Positions 9,439 through 19,565 of a DNA stretch of 64,000 nt are shown here, piece after piece. A program made the translations under genes and the position numbers. Source of the DNA: a phage; the sequence record NC_135732.1; one strand, given 5' to 3'. Every line of letters begins with the position of its first letter. Positions within the stretch are counted from its first letter, which is position 1. The notes under the pieces were generated by a model. The model ran no database searches and was not told where the DNA came from. It saw nothing but the letters and a program-made list of their open reading frames with translations.

Positions 9439-9995
9439 GAAAGAAAGCTGTCAAAGCCCCCGTTCATAGCGGGTGGCTAAAAGATTCTAAGGACATAGCC
9501 AACTTTCGAAAAGAATTGTCAGAGGAGCAGGATGGTCTTGATCCGATCTTGTGCGAGCCACTTCGTAAGCCTTGTTTAGATCATGATCATCTGACTGGTC
9601 GTTGCAGGGGTGTTTTGTCTCAGTGCACTAATACCTTTGAGGGGTATGTGCTTAAATACTGGATGAAATACTGTAACGAGTATACAGATTGCAGTTTATC
9701 AGAGGCGTTGCGCCGGATGGCTGACTATCTGGAGAAAGACTACAGCGACTTCCCGCTCCACAAAAACTACAGAGATGATATGACAAAGTTCTTGAGGAGA
9801 TGCTCTAAAGCTACGATTATTGCACGAGCAGAATCAGATCTCAATCTTGTCATTAATCCAGAGTGCACCAAGCATGAGGCTATTGAGTCCTACATGCAGG
9901 AGTTTATAAAGAAAACTGAGGAGAGAGATTTCTATGGGGATGAAAAAGGTATTCAATCCTTGCGACTCAGTCCTGATCAGGATGAAATACCGTAA
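9390..9995 (+). CDS. recombination endonuclease VII-like
   Basis: CLDHDHLTGRCRGVLSQCTN matches the endo VII zinc/His motif; TTG start, overlaps upstream gene. Confidence 0.65.
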   Translation: MDRQGASGGVIAKRKIRKKAVKAPVHSGWLKDSKDIANFRKELSEEQDGLDPILCEPLRKPCLDHDHLTGRCRGVLSQCTNTFEGYVLKYWMKYCNEYTDCSLSEALRRMADYLEKDYSDFPLHKNYRDDMTKFLRRCSKATIIARAESDLNLVINPECTKHEAIESYMQEFIKKTEERDFYGDEKGIQSLRLSPDQDEIP

Positions 9996-10155
9996 CTGGA
10001 AAGGTGCTGTTGCAGATCGCTGCGTTACTGAGCCTAATTTATGGTTTGGCTCTACAGAGTATCATAAAGAAGAGCAGTGGTTGATGCATGCCTTTGATGT
10101 AGACAAGGGCGAATATCGTGACTTCGCTTTAAAAGACATTCTTCAGTTTTACTAA
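9934..10155 (+). CDS. hypothetical protein
   Basis: GAGGAGAGAG RBS; overlaps 3' end of upstream gene by about 60 nt. Confidence 0.4.
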   Translation: MGMKKVFNPCDSVLIRMKYRNWKGAVADRCVTEPNLWFGSTEYHKEEQWLMHAFDVDKGEYRDFALKDILQFY

Positions 10156-10167
10156 GGAATTTTGACG

Positions 10168-11151
10168 ATGATGACAAAGTTAACTCTTGAGCAAATTTTA
10201 ACACTAAAGCAGCAGGGATACACTAATAGACAAATTGCTCGTGAATTTTTAGGCCGTGAGTCACGTGAGAGTTGGATCCGACTACAGCTTAAACGTGCAC
10301 AAGAGAATATGTCAGAGATTGTAGGAGAAGCAACGGAGCGCTTCCTTGAAGAACACAAAGGAGCTAAAGTTTGGGTGTATGATACAGAAACATCACCAAC
10401 AAACGGCTGGTTCTTTGGGCACTATAAGACCAACATTCAAACCTGCGGTATTGAAATTATGCCCTATATGCTAACTTTCGCAGGTAAGTGGTTAGACAGT
10501 CCTAGTGTGGTTGACTGCGCTCTTCCCGATTACAAAATGTGGGATGATGATATTCACAATGACCTCGAATTGATTCAGGACTTGTGGTATTATCTTGATA
10601 AATGTGATGTCGCAGTAGCCCACAATTCAGGTTTTGACTGTGGGTGGGCAAACCAACGATTTGCATTTCACGGGTTGCCTCCAACAAGCCCATACAAAGA
10701 GGTTGACACCCTTAAAATGATCAAGAAGGCATTCCGTTTGAATGCAAACACTTTGGAGTATGCATGCAAATACTTCCAACTTGCCCGACAGAAACTGATT
10801 GACCACACATTTGAAATGTGGATCAAGTGTGTTCATGGTGATCTTGAGGCGTTTAAACAGATGCGGGAGTACAATGTTGGTGATATCCTATCTCTGGAAG
10901 GCCTGTATTTGCTGGCACGCCCGTTTGCTAAGCAGCACCCCAACATGTCATTGTACTACCAGGATGAGGAGCCAAAAGTTCGTTGCCCACGCTGCGGTGG
11001 AGAACACCTTCACGAGGAAGAAGCTTTGGCGTATACTCAACTGAGTGCATTTAAAACATATCGCTGCGAAGGTTGTGGATCTGTTGTTCGTGACCGTAAC
11101 AACATCCGTACCAGAGAAGAAATGAAAAACACCCTGATTCAGATAATCTAA
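10168..11151 (+). CDS. DEDD-family 3'-5' exonuclease with N-terminal HTH
   Basis: VYDTETS and AHNSGFD exonuclease motifs; N-terminal GYTNRQIAREF helix-turn-helix; track TTG start moved to ATG 10168. Confidence 0.55.
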   Translation: MMTKLTLEQILTLKQQGYTNRQIAREFLGRESRESWIRLQLKRAQENMSEIVGEATERFLEEHKGAKVWVYDTETSPTNGWFFGHYKTNIQTCGIEIMPYMLTFAGKWLDSPSVVDCALPDYKMWDDDIHNDLELIQDLWYYLDKCDVAVAHNSGFDCGWANQRFAFHGLPPTSPYKEVDTLKMIKKAFRLNANTLEYACKYFQLARQKLIDHTFEMWIKCVHGDLEAFKQMREYNVGDILSLEGLYLLARPFAKQHPNMSLYYQDEEPKVRCPRCGGEHLHEEEALAYTQLSAFKTYRCEGCGSVVRDRNNIRTREEMKNTLIQII

Positions 11152-11160
11152 TCAAGTATA

Positions 11161-11188
11161 GGGAGGCTTGCGCCTCCCTTTTCCTTTT
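11161..11188 (+). terminator. rho-independent terminator
   Basis: GGGAGGC-TTGC-GCCTCCC hairpin then TTTTCCTTTT. Confidence 0.7.
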
Positions 11189-11197
11189 GGAGGCACT

Positions 11198-12016
11198 TTG
11201 AGCAAGAAAGAGTCCAACGACAAATATTACACAAACCCTGAGTATGCAGAATATCTTGTTGGTAAAGTAAAAGATAAGTATGGAAATTGTGCATACGTTG
11301 AGCCTTCTGCTGGAAGGGGTTCTTTTTCAAAACTATTTTCAGAGATACTGTCTTACGATCTAGTACCAGATCCTGAATTTGAAGGACCAACACCGTGCAT
11401 TCAGGCAAACTTCTTGGAGGTGCATCCCAAGGCAGATGTCTTCATAGGTAACCCACCATTTGGCAAGAATTCATCTTTAGCTTGCAAATTCTTTAACCAT
11501 TGTGCATCATTGCTAGAGCTTGGAGGGGCTATAGCCTTCATCTTGCCACGGACATTTGAAAAAATATTTTTTGCAAACAAACTGGACATGTCGATGCACC
11601 TTGTCTACAGTGAAAGGTGCCCTAAGAACTCGTTTCTACTTAATGGCAAACCTTATGACGTGCCGTGTGTTTTCCAAATTTGGGAGAAAAAGGCGTGCAA
11701 CAGGGATCCTGTAGAGATTGGGGAGAATAAGTTATTTTCTTTTAGCACTCCAGATGACTACGACTTCTGTGTAAGACGTGTTGGGTATAATGCTGGAAAA
11801 GTATTGGGGGAGGATGACCCAAAATCTGAAGAATCAACATATTTCATAAAATCTTTAGTTGACGGTGTTGACAGAGTGTTTGCTGAATGCTATTCTTCTT
11901 TTCAAGAAGAAGCAGGTAAGACTGCCGGAATGAAGAGTATAGGTAAGAAAGAACTACAATACATTTTGGAGACTAGGTATGATCAAAAGCATAGACTTGA
12001 CCAAAGAACTTACTGA
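11198..12016 (+). CDS. DNA N6-adenine methyltransferase
   Basis: Motif I VEPSAGRGSF and motif IV IGNPPFG; TTG start 5 nt after GGAGG. Confidence 0.65.
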   Translation: MSKKESNDKYYTNPEYAEYLVGKVKDKYGNCAYVEPSAGRGSFSKLFSEILSYDLVPDPEFEGPTPCIQANFLEVHPKADVFIGNPPFGKNSSLACKFFNHCASLLELGGAIAFILPRTFEKIFFANKLDMSMHLVYSERCPKNSFLLNGKPYDVPCVFQIWEKKACNRDPVEIGENKLFSFSTPDDYDFCVRRVGYNAGKVLGEDDPKSEESTYFIKSLVDGVDRVFAECYSSFQEEAGKTAGMKSIGKKELQYILETRYDQKHRLDQRTY

Positions 12017-12437
12017 TGCAAAAGCTTTTGGTGAGACAGCGGTACAAAGGGGGCAGGCGATGGGACTGGCACTACCTTTCGTATTAAAAGAGCACTTTAC
12101 AGATTTTCAACTTATCAAGGGTGATAAGGGAATGCTTATCCTGGAGCATAAGTTGAGTAAGAAACGCTATAAAGTTGTTTTTAATTCTAAAGCTCCAACA
12201 AAACTGGGATTCAGAACTTACAATCTTAACCCATCCTACACTAAGGGTGTTGGAAGGGTAGAACAACAGCATTTCAGTGCCAGAGCTTCTTTAGCCCCTT
12301 TGATGCTAAATTTCTCAGGGGTGGCTTTAGGATACCTTGATAAGAAAAGAGTTCTTCATGTCCGTTTCACAGACTTTGTAACGCTTCTAGCCAACAACGA
12401 GGTTGATGAAAAGGGACGTGTAAAAACAAACTTCTAA
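11979..12437 (+). CDS. hypothetical protein
   Basis: ATG ORF overlapping upstream 3' end. Confidence 0.5.
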   Translation: MIKSIDLTKELTDAKAFGETAVQRGQAMGLALPFVLKEHFTDFQLIKGDKGMLILEHKLSKKRYKVVFNSKAPTKLGFRTYNLNPSYTKGVGRVEQQHFSARASLAPLMLNFSGVALGYLDKKRVLHVRFTDFVTLLANNEVDEKGRVKTNF

Positions 12438-12464
12438 TAACGCATAGTATGATTGGAGAACGCA

Positions 12465-12656
12465 ATGACACTAAAGTTAACAATTCCAGACAGCTTTTCA
12501 GAAGACTTTATCCCAGAAATGATGGGTAAGATGCGATCATTGCTTGATCAGATCGAGGAAGCTGTTTGGGAAGACGATGCTGTAGTGGCTAACGAGCTGG
12601 TAGATAAGTGTAAAAGTATTATTGATGCAGTTGAAGAATACCACGGAGGTTTTTGA
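12465..12656 (+). CDS. hypothetical small protein
   Basis: ATG after GGAGAA; track start was TTG. Confidence 0.45.
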   Translation: MTLKLTIPDSFSEDFIPEMMGKMRSLLDQIEEAVWEDDAVVANELVDKCKSIIDAVEEYHGGF

Positions 12657-13270
12657 TGGATATTATTGTTCTTAACGCCCCACCCAGCAGTGGTAAGGAT
12701 CACATTGCAGATCTCTTGTTGGAAGCTATTCCTAACTCACACCACCGTGAGGTTAAGGAGATGCTCTTCAGTGTGGCAATTAAGGCAGCTGGTGTAACTC
12801 CTCAACTCTGGAATGCACTTTATGACCGCCACTACAAAGAAGAGCCTTGCCCTTTCTTAATGATAGACGGCAAGCATGTTTCTCCGCGAGAATGGATGAT
12901 CCATTGTAGTGAAAATCTGATTAAACCTATCTTTGGTGAAGATGCTTTCGGTAAAGCCGCAGTCGCATCTTTGAAGAAAGATTTCCCTAAAGGTAAAGGG
13001 GTTGTTGTTTACTCTGATGGTGGATTCAAAGAGGAGCTGGCATGCCTTAGCGAGTACGCGTACAGCACAGGTGGAGATCTGTTGTTGTTCCGTATTCACC
13101 GTGTCGGATATGACTGGGGAAATGATTCCAGAACCTATCTAAGTCTGGAAAAGAACGGAATAAAAGGAATTGAGTTCGATGTTGTAAACCCTGAAGGTGC
13201 ACCTTGGGAATGTGCATCGGAGATTGTGTGCAAGTATATTGATGCTAAAGAGGCCCAAGAAGAATGTTAA
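12656..13270 (+). CDS. putative deoxynucleoside monophosphate kinase
   Basis: N-terminal P-loop-like LNAPPSSGKD; GGAGG RBS; context of nucleotide-metabolism genes. Confidence 0.45.
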   Translation: MDIIVLNAPPSSGKDHIADLLLEAIPNSHHREVKEMLFSVAIKAAGVTPQLWNALYDRHYKEEPCPFLMIDGKHVSPREWMIHCSENLIKPIFGEDAFGKAAVASLKKDFPKGKGVVVYSDGGFKEELACLSEYAYSTGGDLLLFRIHRVGYDWGNDSRTYLSLEKNGIKGIEFDVVNPEGAPWECASEIVCKYIDAKEAQEEC

Positions 13271-13857
13271 TCGGTATTGATGTAGATTTGACACTGGTAG
13301 ATTCAGGAACAGCATGGTGGGAGTGGTTGGAGCGTTTATATGGTCCAGCCAGTAAGACAGTCACTAAACCTTCTAATGGGTTAATGTATTACGATCTGTC
13401 AAAGTATTGGCCTGATCGCCCCAAAGAAAACATCATAGGGCCTTTTGATTTCTGGAGTGACCCGTTCCTCTACGACTTTCTTAAGCCTGAAGAGGGGGCT
13501 ATTGAGGTTATGAAAGATTTGGTGGCTCGTGGTCACAAGCTTGCATTTATCTCGGTATGCAAGAAAGGTCACCTTGCATCTAAATCAAGGTTCTTAAAGC
13601 GTTGGACTAGTGATTTTATGGATCTGGACGATCACACCCAGGGTCACGGCTTCTACGCCACGCATTTCAAGGGAAATGTGGCTGTAGATGTTATAATTGA
13701 CGACAGGCATGAATACCTGAACCAATTCGCTTCACGCCCTGAAGTTATTAAAATCCTAAAAGATACGCCTTATGAGCAATTTGAGGAGTTAAAGGTCAGT
13801 GTTGACTATACCGCTAATAGCTGGTATAAAATAGGAAAGTTTTTAGAAGGTATTTGA
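13264..13857 (+). CDS. HAD-superfamily phosphatase, putative 5'-deoxyribonucleotidase
   Basis: N-terminal GIDVDLTL (DxDxT HAD motif I). Confidence 0.5.
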   Translation: MLIGIDVDLTLVDSGTAWWEWLERLYGPASKTVTKPSNGLMYYDLSKYWPDRPKENIIGPFDFWSDPFLYDFLKPEEGAIEVMKDLVARGHKLAFISVCKKGHLASKSRFLKRWTSDFMDLDDHTQGHGFYATHFKGNVAVDVIIDDRHEYLNQFASRPEVIKILKDTPYEQFEELKVSVDYTANSWYKIGKFLEGI

Positions 13858-13858
13858 A

Positions 13859-14059
13859 ATGGGCAGATGTTCTAAAGGTGGCGATCCTGTAGTCAGATAC
13901 GGTGACTGGCTAGAGGTGTATGATCTGGGAGGTAAGCTGGTGTATGCCTCCAGGATCACCCAAGACATGTGCTCCGATATGTTCAACAGATACCTTGCAT
14001 TTAAGGCCAACATAAACCCAGACGAAATTTCCAAAATTAAAACAAGGAGAGCTAAATAA
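13859..14059 (+). CDS. hypothetical protein
   Basis: AGAAGG RBS. Confidence 0.45.
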   Translation: MGRCSKGGDPVVRYGDWLEVYDLGGKLVYASRITQDMCSDMFNRYLAFKANINPDEISKIKTRRAK

Positions 14060-15042
14060 TGCTAAAACTGTGCACTGCAAAGATCATTGCTGACAGCATT
14101 TCCGAGAAAGGTAAGCGCATCACAACTTTTGAGCTAGAGTATCCTCGAATTATTCACTCAGAGCTTATGACGCACCGAGTGTTCAGCCGAAACGCCATGT
14201 CTTCCCGTGCAGTGCCTGTCGGAAAGATGCTGCAACAGATTGTGGAGAATCCGGCAATGCCAGTTCGCTTCGGTGTAAATAAGCGAGGAATGGAAGATGG
14301 TGGGGAACACGATCAAAAGATCCGTGTAGAGTACACTGATATGGAGCTAACTCCGGAAGAGTTTTGGAAAGAAGCTGCAAAAAACGCCGCTTGGCATGCA
14401 GAGAAGTTTGCCCTTGCTGGTTACCATAAGCAAGTATGTAACCGCTTAGTGGAGCCTTTTCAGCGCATGAAAACAGTTGTAACAAGCACCGAGTGGAATA
14501 ATTTTTTCCACCTCCGTTGCTGGCACGATGCGGATCCTACGATTCAGATGTTAGCTAATTGTATGTGGGAGGCTCTTGTGAATAGCACTCCTGAAATCCT
14601 TAAACCGGGTCAATGGCACACTCCATATGTAGAGCACGTTTATTTGGACGGGGAGTTTAACTACGCTGTACGTGACACAGAAGGAAAGCTCTGCATTCTC
14701 GATACTAAAGAAGCTCTGTCTATCAGTGCTAGTTGCTGTGCACAAGTATCTTATCGAAATATTGACAGCACGTTTGAAAAGGCAGACAGTGTGGCTAAAA
14801 AATTGATTGGTGGGGATCGTATTCATGCAAGCCCTTACGAGCACCAGGCAACACCTATGGATCACGATAACGCAATGGAACGTTTAAACTACTACCTGTC
14901 TTCATGTGAAATCACACAAGACATCAGTACTTGGCAGGAAGGTGTAACCCATCAAGACCGTGATGGTAAATTCTGGTCTGCCAACTTTTGTGGGTGGGTT
15001 CAGCACAGACAACTGCTTAATAACCACTTCGTGAAAGGTTAA
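14059..15042 (+). CDS. putative flavin-dependent thymidylate synthase (ThyX-like)
   Basis: THRVFSRNAMSSR resembles ThyX RHRx7S signature (first Arg replaced by Thr). Confidence 0.4.
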   Translation: MLKLCTAKIIADSISEKGKRITTFELEYPRIIHSELMTHRVFSRNAMSSRAVPVGKMLQQIVENPAMPVRFGVNKRGMEDGGEHDQKIRVEYTDMELTPEEFWKEAAKNAAWHAEKFALAGYHKQVCNRLVEPFQRMKTVVTSTEWNNFFHLRCWHDADPTIQMLANCMWEALVNSTPEILKPGQWHTPYVEHVYLDGEFNYAVRDTEGKLCILDTKEALSISASCCAQVSYRNIDSTFEKADSVAKKLIGGDRIHASPYEHQATPMDHDNAMERLNYYLSSCEITQDISTWQEGVTHQDRDGKFWSANFCGWVQHRQLLNNHFVKG

Positions 15043-15071
15043 TCCTATCACAGCGATAGGTAACTTTTGTG

Positions 15072-15100
15072 TTGACTAATAGTATTAGATAATCTATAAT
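15072..15100 (+). promoter_or_regulatory. sigma70-like promoter
   Basis: TTGACT, 17-nt spacer, TATAAT. Confidence 0.6.
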
Positions 15101-15128
15101 AATGGCTCACTTTGTTGGTGAGCCAGAA

Positions 15129-15602
15129 ATGGAGACAGATATGAGTAATGTTATGATTCCTAAAAAGACATTTATTTCAGTTACTTTGGATTTCCTATCT
15201 ACCGTTCCCGGGTTTAACGTTCGCACACGAAACGGTCTCCGAGCTGCACTCTTTGCCGTAGGGTTTGATTTAAAAAGTATTGATGTTCTTCGTGGAAAAA
15301 ACGTTCGATGCAAAAATAAGCCAACACATTATCGAAAGGCAGATGTATTTGCTGGTGTCATGCGTGCAGACTTTAGATACCCGCAAATGTATAACGGTGT
15401 AGATATTTTAGATGTGGATAAAGCACCTGGTGAGGCAATGCTTGTTCAAGATCTTCCGTATGATATTCCTGTAGAGGATCGTGTTAATGTAAGAAAGTAT
15501 ACAAAACAATCTGAAAAGGCTGAAGATATTCATATTGTTGATGAACCTTTCAATTTTGAAGATCTGCATCGCCTGGAAAAATTATTCGGTATTGAAAGCT
15601 AA
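15129..15602 (+). CDS. hypothetical protein
   Basis: ATG after GGTGAG; alternative leaderless ATG 15102. Confidence 0.45.
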   Translation: METDMSNVMIPKKTFISVTLDFLSTVPGFNVRTRNGLRAALFAVGFDLKSIDVLRGKNVRCKNKPTHYRKADVFAGVMRADFRYPQMYNGVDILDVDKAPGEAMLVQDLPYDIPVEDRVNVRKYTKQSEKAEDIHIVDEPFNFEDLHRLEKLFGIES

Positions 15603-15612
15603 GGTGGTGAAG

Positions 15613-15843
15613 ATGAGTCATAACTCCAAGTGGAAGGATCTTGGTTTTGCAAGTCGGTCAGAGTATGTTGGTTGGCTTTGGTTCAACGGCCTGACAAACG
15701 ATATTAAAATGTATGATGATGTTTATTATGACGAGTATACAGGCAAAATTATAAATATCTCTGTAGAAGAGGATACCTTTATCCAGCAAGATACTGATAC
15801 CTGCCTTGATAAATACGTTGATGAAGTGGAGGAAGCAAATTGA
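15613..15843 (+). CDS. hypothetical small protein
   Basis: AAGGTGGTGA RBS then ATG; track ORF began upstream at a non-ATG codon. Confidence 0.5.
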   Translation: MSHNSKWKDLGFASRSEYVGWLWFNGLTNDIKMYDDVYYDEYTGKIINISVEEDTFIQQDTDTCLDKYVDEVEEAN

Positions 15844-18155
15844 TCACCAAGGTAATTAAAAGCAACGGATGTGAAGTGGCATTCGATCCAGAACGTTTAA
15901 ATAAGGCAGCTATTTTCGGTGACGACGGTAACGGCAATTGGTCACATATTGCACTGGATGCATACAAACGACTGTATGATGGATGTACAACCAAAGAAGT
16001 TAACCAAGCTATCATAGACTCCTGTGTTAGCCGTAAAGACGAAGCACATTCCCGTATGGCTGGTCGTGTTCTTATTGGTCAGATTTATAAAGAGGCTTTT
16101 GGAGGGTTTACAAAGATCCCTTCCTTACCATCATTTTACAACGACATGGTTGAGAAAGGGTATTGGGAGGATATGGGATATAGCTTTACCGAGCTAAACA
16201 CTTTAGACGCTGTTATTGACCACAGTAAAGATCTCGGTTATGGCTATGCAGTCCTTAAACAGTTTCGCGACAAATACGGGATCAAGGATACTCTTAAAGA
16301 CACCTTGTTTGAATCTCCCCAGATGATGTTTATGGGGATAGCAATGGCTGTCATGAAGAATATGCCGAAAGAACGTCGTATCAACGATGTTGTAAAATTA
16401 TACACTTATCTGTCCGACTTAAAGATCAATGCCCCGACACCGTACTTAAACGGGCTGCGCACAGGTAAGACAGGGTATGCATCTTGTTGTGTAATAAAAG
16501 CTGACGATACAGCAAAATCTATTGGTGTGGCACGTGAAGTTGCGTACACAATGACGGTTAACCAAGCAGGTATCGGCTACTATTTATCATCAAGATCTGC
16601 AGGTGATGGTGTTCGCGGTAACACTATTAAACACATGGGTAAGATTCCATATTATCGAGGTATTGATGCTGGTGTTAAGGAGAACAGACAACAATCACGT
16701 GGCGGTTCTGCAACAGTATCATTCCTTGCACTGGACCCGCAGATTGATGAGCTAATCCGTTTGAGAAACCCTATGACTGTTGCTTCAAAAAGAATCAACA
16801 CCATGGACTACTCCATCGGTATTAATAGGTCGTTTATCAACCGTGTGGCTAAGAATTTAGATTGGATGCTTGTTTCTTATAAGCACGCTCCTCAACTGCA
16901 TGAGGGTATCTTCACCATGTCTATGGAGGAGTTTGATGCAGAGGTTGATCGTATTGCTAAAGATGACAGTATCCCTAAAACATGGATCCGAGCCAGAGAT
17001 CTTGCTGTTGAACTGATCACGCAGCGTACTGAGGTGGGAAGGCTGTATGTATACTGGACAGATGAGATGAATAGACATACACCTTTTAAAGATGTGATCT
17101 ATTCAAGTAACCTGTGTGCAGAAATAGCCCTCCCTACAAAAGGCTATTCAGATATGCGTAATATCTTCAAGTACGATGCTGATGATGGAGAGGTTGCATT
17201 GTGCTTCCTGTCATCTCTTGTAGCTGGAAGGGTTACTCCAGAGGAGTATGAGGATGTTGCATACTACACGGTGCTTATGATTGACAATGTTATGGAAATC
17301 ATGACATATCCGTATGAAAATATGGAAAGCACAGTTAAAAAACGCAGATCCATCGGGGTTGGCCTTACCAATGTTGCACATTTTATTGCCAGCCACAAGG
17401 TTACTTACGGATCTCCTGAAAGTAAACAGCTTGTTCACGATCTTGCAGAACTTCACAGCTACAGCTTGCATAAGGCAAGTTTACGGTTGGCAAAAGAGCG
17501 TGGTGTCTGCGAGTGGATGCATAAAACAAAATATCCAGAAGGTTGGTTACCAATCGACACCTATAACAAAGAGGTCGATAGCGTGGTGAAAGATCCTTCT
17601 CTTAAACAGGATTGGGAAGGGTTACGTAAAGAAATTATTGAAAATGGTGGGCTACGTAATAGCGTTCTTGAAGCATATATGCCTAATGAAAGCTCTTCGC
17701 TGGCAACAGACACCACTAACGGGGTTTATCCTGTCCGTGAGCACATTATCTTTAAAAAGTCGCCACAAGGGCAGGTGCTGTTTATCGTTCCTGACTATGA
17801 TGAGTTGAAAGAGTATTACACCTCGGCTTGGGACGTTGATACTAACGACATGATCGATATGTATGCTGTGATTCAAAAATTTACAGGTCAGGCAATCAGC
17901 GCGGATTTATACATAGACTACACCAAGTTGAAAGATGGTAAAATTTCAATGAAGGAGCAGCTAGGGTACCTTATCCGTGCCACTAAATTCGGGATGAAGA
18001 CATGGTATTATTTAAACTCCAGGGTTGGTGCTGGTGACTCATTGGCAGAGGAACTTCATGCCAAGAAACAGGCTGAAGATGAAACCAGAAAGAACTACCC
18101 TTTGATTGCAGATAGTTCGGTTGAAGATCCGTATTGCGAAAGTTGTGCACTATAA
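15840..18155 (+). CDS. nrdA: ribonucleotide reductase class I large subunit
   Basis: N-terminal ATP-cone, SNLCAEIALP active-site motif, 771 aa; TTG start after GGAGGAAG. Confidence 0.9.
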   Translation: MITKVIKSNGCEVAFDPERLNKAAIFGDDGNGNWSHIALDAYKRLYDGCTTKEVNQAIIDSCVSRKDEAHSRMAGRVLIGQIYKEAFGGFTKIPSLPSFYNDMVEKGYWEDMGYSFTELNTLDAVIDHSKDLGYGYAVLKQFRDKYGIKDTLKDTLFESPQMMFMGIAMAVMKNMPKERRINDVVKLYTYLSDLKINAPTPYLNGLRTGKTGYASCCVIKADDTAKSIGVAREVAYTMTVNQAGIGYYLSSRSAGDGVRGNTIKHMGKIPYYRGIDAGVKENRQQSRGGSATVSFLALDPQIDELIRLRNPMTVASKRINTMDYSIGINRSFINRVAKNLDWMLVSYKHAPQLHEGIFTMSMEEFDAEVDRIAKDDSIPKTWIRARDLAVELITQRTEVGRLYVYWTDEMNRHTPFKDVIYSSNLCAEIALPTKGYSDMRNIFKYDADDGEVALCFLSSLVAGRVTPEEYEDVAYYTVLMIDNVMEIMTYPYENMESTVKKRRSIGVGLTNVAHFIASHKVTYGSPESKQLVHDLAELHSYSLHKASLRLAKERGVCEWMHKTKYPEGWLPIDTYNKEVDSVVKDPSLKQDWEGLRKEIIENGGLRNSVLEAYMPNESSSLATDTTNGVYPVREHIIFKKSPQGQVLFIVPDYDELKEYYTSAWDVDTNDMIDMYAVIQKFTGQAISADLYIDYTKLKDGKISMKEQLGYLIRATKFGMKTWYYLNSRVGAGDSLAEELHAKKQAEDETRKNYPLIADSSVEDPYCESCAL

Positions 18156-18161
18156 TTTTAA

Positions 18162-18183
18162 AGGGGCTTCGGCCCCATTTTAG
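18162..18183 (+). terminator. rho-independent terminator
   Basis: GGGGC-TTCG-GCCCC hairpin then ATTTT. Confidence 0.6.
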
Positions 18184-18194
18184 AGGTTAGAATA

Positions 18195-19283
18195 ATGGCT
18201 GTATTTAATGCTGAGAACACCGCTCATAAAACTGGTGACTATCCGCTGTTTCTAGGACAGCAAATGGGTATGTATGACTCTATCAACAAAAAATATCCAC
18301 AACTGTTTGAACTATACAAAAAACAAAAAGAGCAAGATTGGGCAGAGGATGAAGTGGATTTGTCGCAATCTATTTCAGATTTTGTAACATGCTCCAAGTC
18401 AACTTATGACGTGATGGTGCAGACCTTGATGTGGCAATGGGAGGCTGATAGCGTTGCGGCAAGATCGATCATCTGCCTCTTTTCACCATTCATCACTAAT
18501 AGTGAGCTTTTCACTCTATTGATGAAACAGTCAGAGATTGAAGTTCTTCACGCACTAACTTACTCAGAGATTGTTAGACAATGCCTCCCCAATGCCCGTG
18601 AGATTATAGAAGAGATTCAGGAAAACCAAAACGTTCTGAGCAGATCTGGCGTTATTGTCAAATACATGCAAGAGCTTGAGGTTATTGGTGCAAAATACCG
18701 ACTGGATCCTTCTAGTGTTGAAGAAGATATTGTGCGGAAATGCATTCTTAGAGCGCTTTTTGCACTTTTAGCCCTGGAAAGTATTGAGTTTATTGCAAGT
18801 TTTGCATGCACTTTCGCAGTAGCTGAACAGGGTATTTTTGTTCAGGTGGCGCAGCTTGTTCAAAAAATCATGCTTGACGAAATGCTACACTCGAAAGGTG
18901 ATTTTGCCATCATTGATATCCTGCTTAATGATCCCACATGGGAGAAAAGCTTCCTTGAGATAAAGGGGGAGTTAAAAGAGATTCTTGATGAAGTACGAAC
19001 CAAAGAGTACGGTTGGAGTGACTATATTTTCAGCGAAGGAAGGGCGATTATAGGTCTTAACTCACCGTTGCTTAAAGAATGGGTTGACTATAACTGCTCA
19101 CCGATTTATGATTACTACGACATCGACAAAGACTTTGTGCCGCCAACAAAGGACCCGCTACCGTTTATGCAGGTGTGGATGAAACCTTCATTGCAACAGA
19201 CGGCGAACCAAGAAATGTCGAACACTGACTACCGCGTCAACACAACTGTTAACGACGCTGAAGAAGAAATTTGGGAGTTTTAA
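18195..19283 (+). CDS. nrdB: ribonucleotide reductase class I small subunit
   Basis: R2-like layout, 362 aa, immediately downstream of nrdA. Confidence 0.85.
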   Translation: MAVFNAENTAHKTGDYPLFLGQQMGMYDSINKKYPQLFELYKKQKEQDWAEDEVDLSQSISDFVTCSKSTYDVMVQTLMWQWEADSVAARSIICLFSPFITNSELFTLLMKQSEIEVLHALTYSEIVRQCLPNAREIIEEIQENQNVLSRSGVIVKYMQELEVIGAKYRLDPSSVEEDIVRKCILRALFALLALESIEFIASFACTFAVAEQGIFVQVAQLVQKIMLDEMLHSKGDFAIIDILLNDPTWEKSFLEIKGELKEILDEVRTKEYGWSDYIFSEGRAIIGLNSPLLKEWVDYNCSPIYDYYDIDKDFVPPTKDPLPFMQVWMKPSLQQTANQEMSNTDYRVNTTVNDAEEEIWEF

Positions 19284-19286
19284 TAT

Positions 19287-19565
19287 ATGAGCTGCGAAAA
19301 ATCTTTTTTCATCATCATTTACGGTAAGGATAACTGCCCACATTGTGTCAGAGCAAAAGAATTTGCAATCAGCAAAGGTCTGCCTTTTGTATATAAGACA
19401 CTTGGCGAGGGCTACACAAAAGAAGAGCTTATTGAGAAGTGTAGTCCAATCGTCCCCCGAACGTTGCCGCAGATCTTCTTAGAAAGCGATCTTGACAGTA
19501 TCCATATAGGCGGTGCCGACGATTTCATCTCTTTTGTTAAGAATGGTTTTGGAGAGAAAAAGTGA
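19287..19565 (+). CDS. glutaredoxin / NrdH-like redoxin
   Basis: CPHC active site (YGKDNCPHCVRAK). Confidence 0.7.
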   Translation: MSCEKSFFIIIYGKDNCPHCVRAKEFAISKGLPFVYKTLGEGYTKEELIEKCSPIVPRTLPQIFLESDLDSIHIGGADDFISFVKNGFGEKK

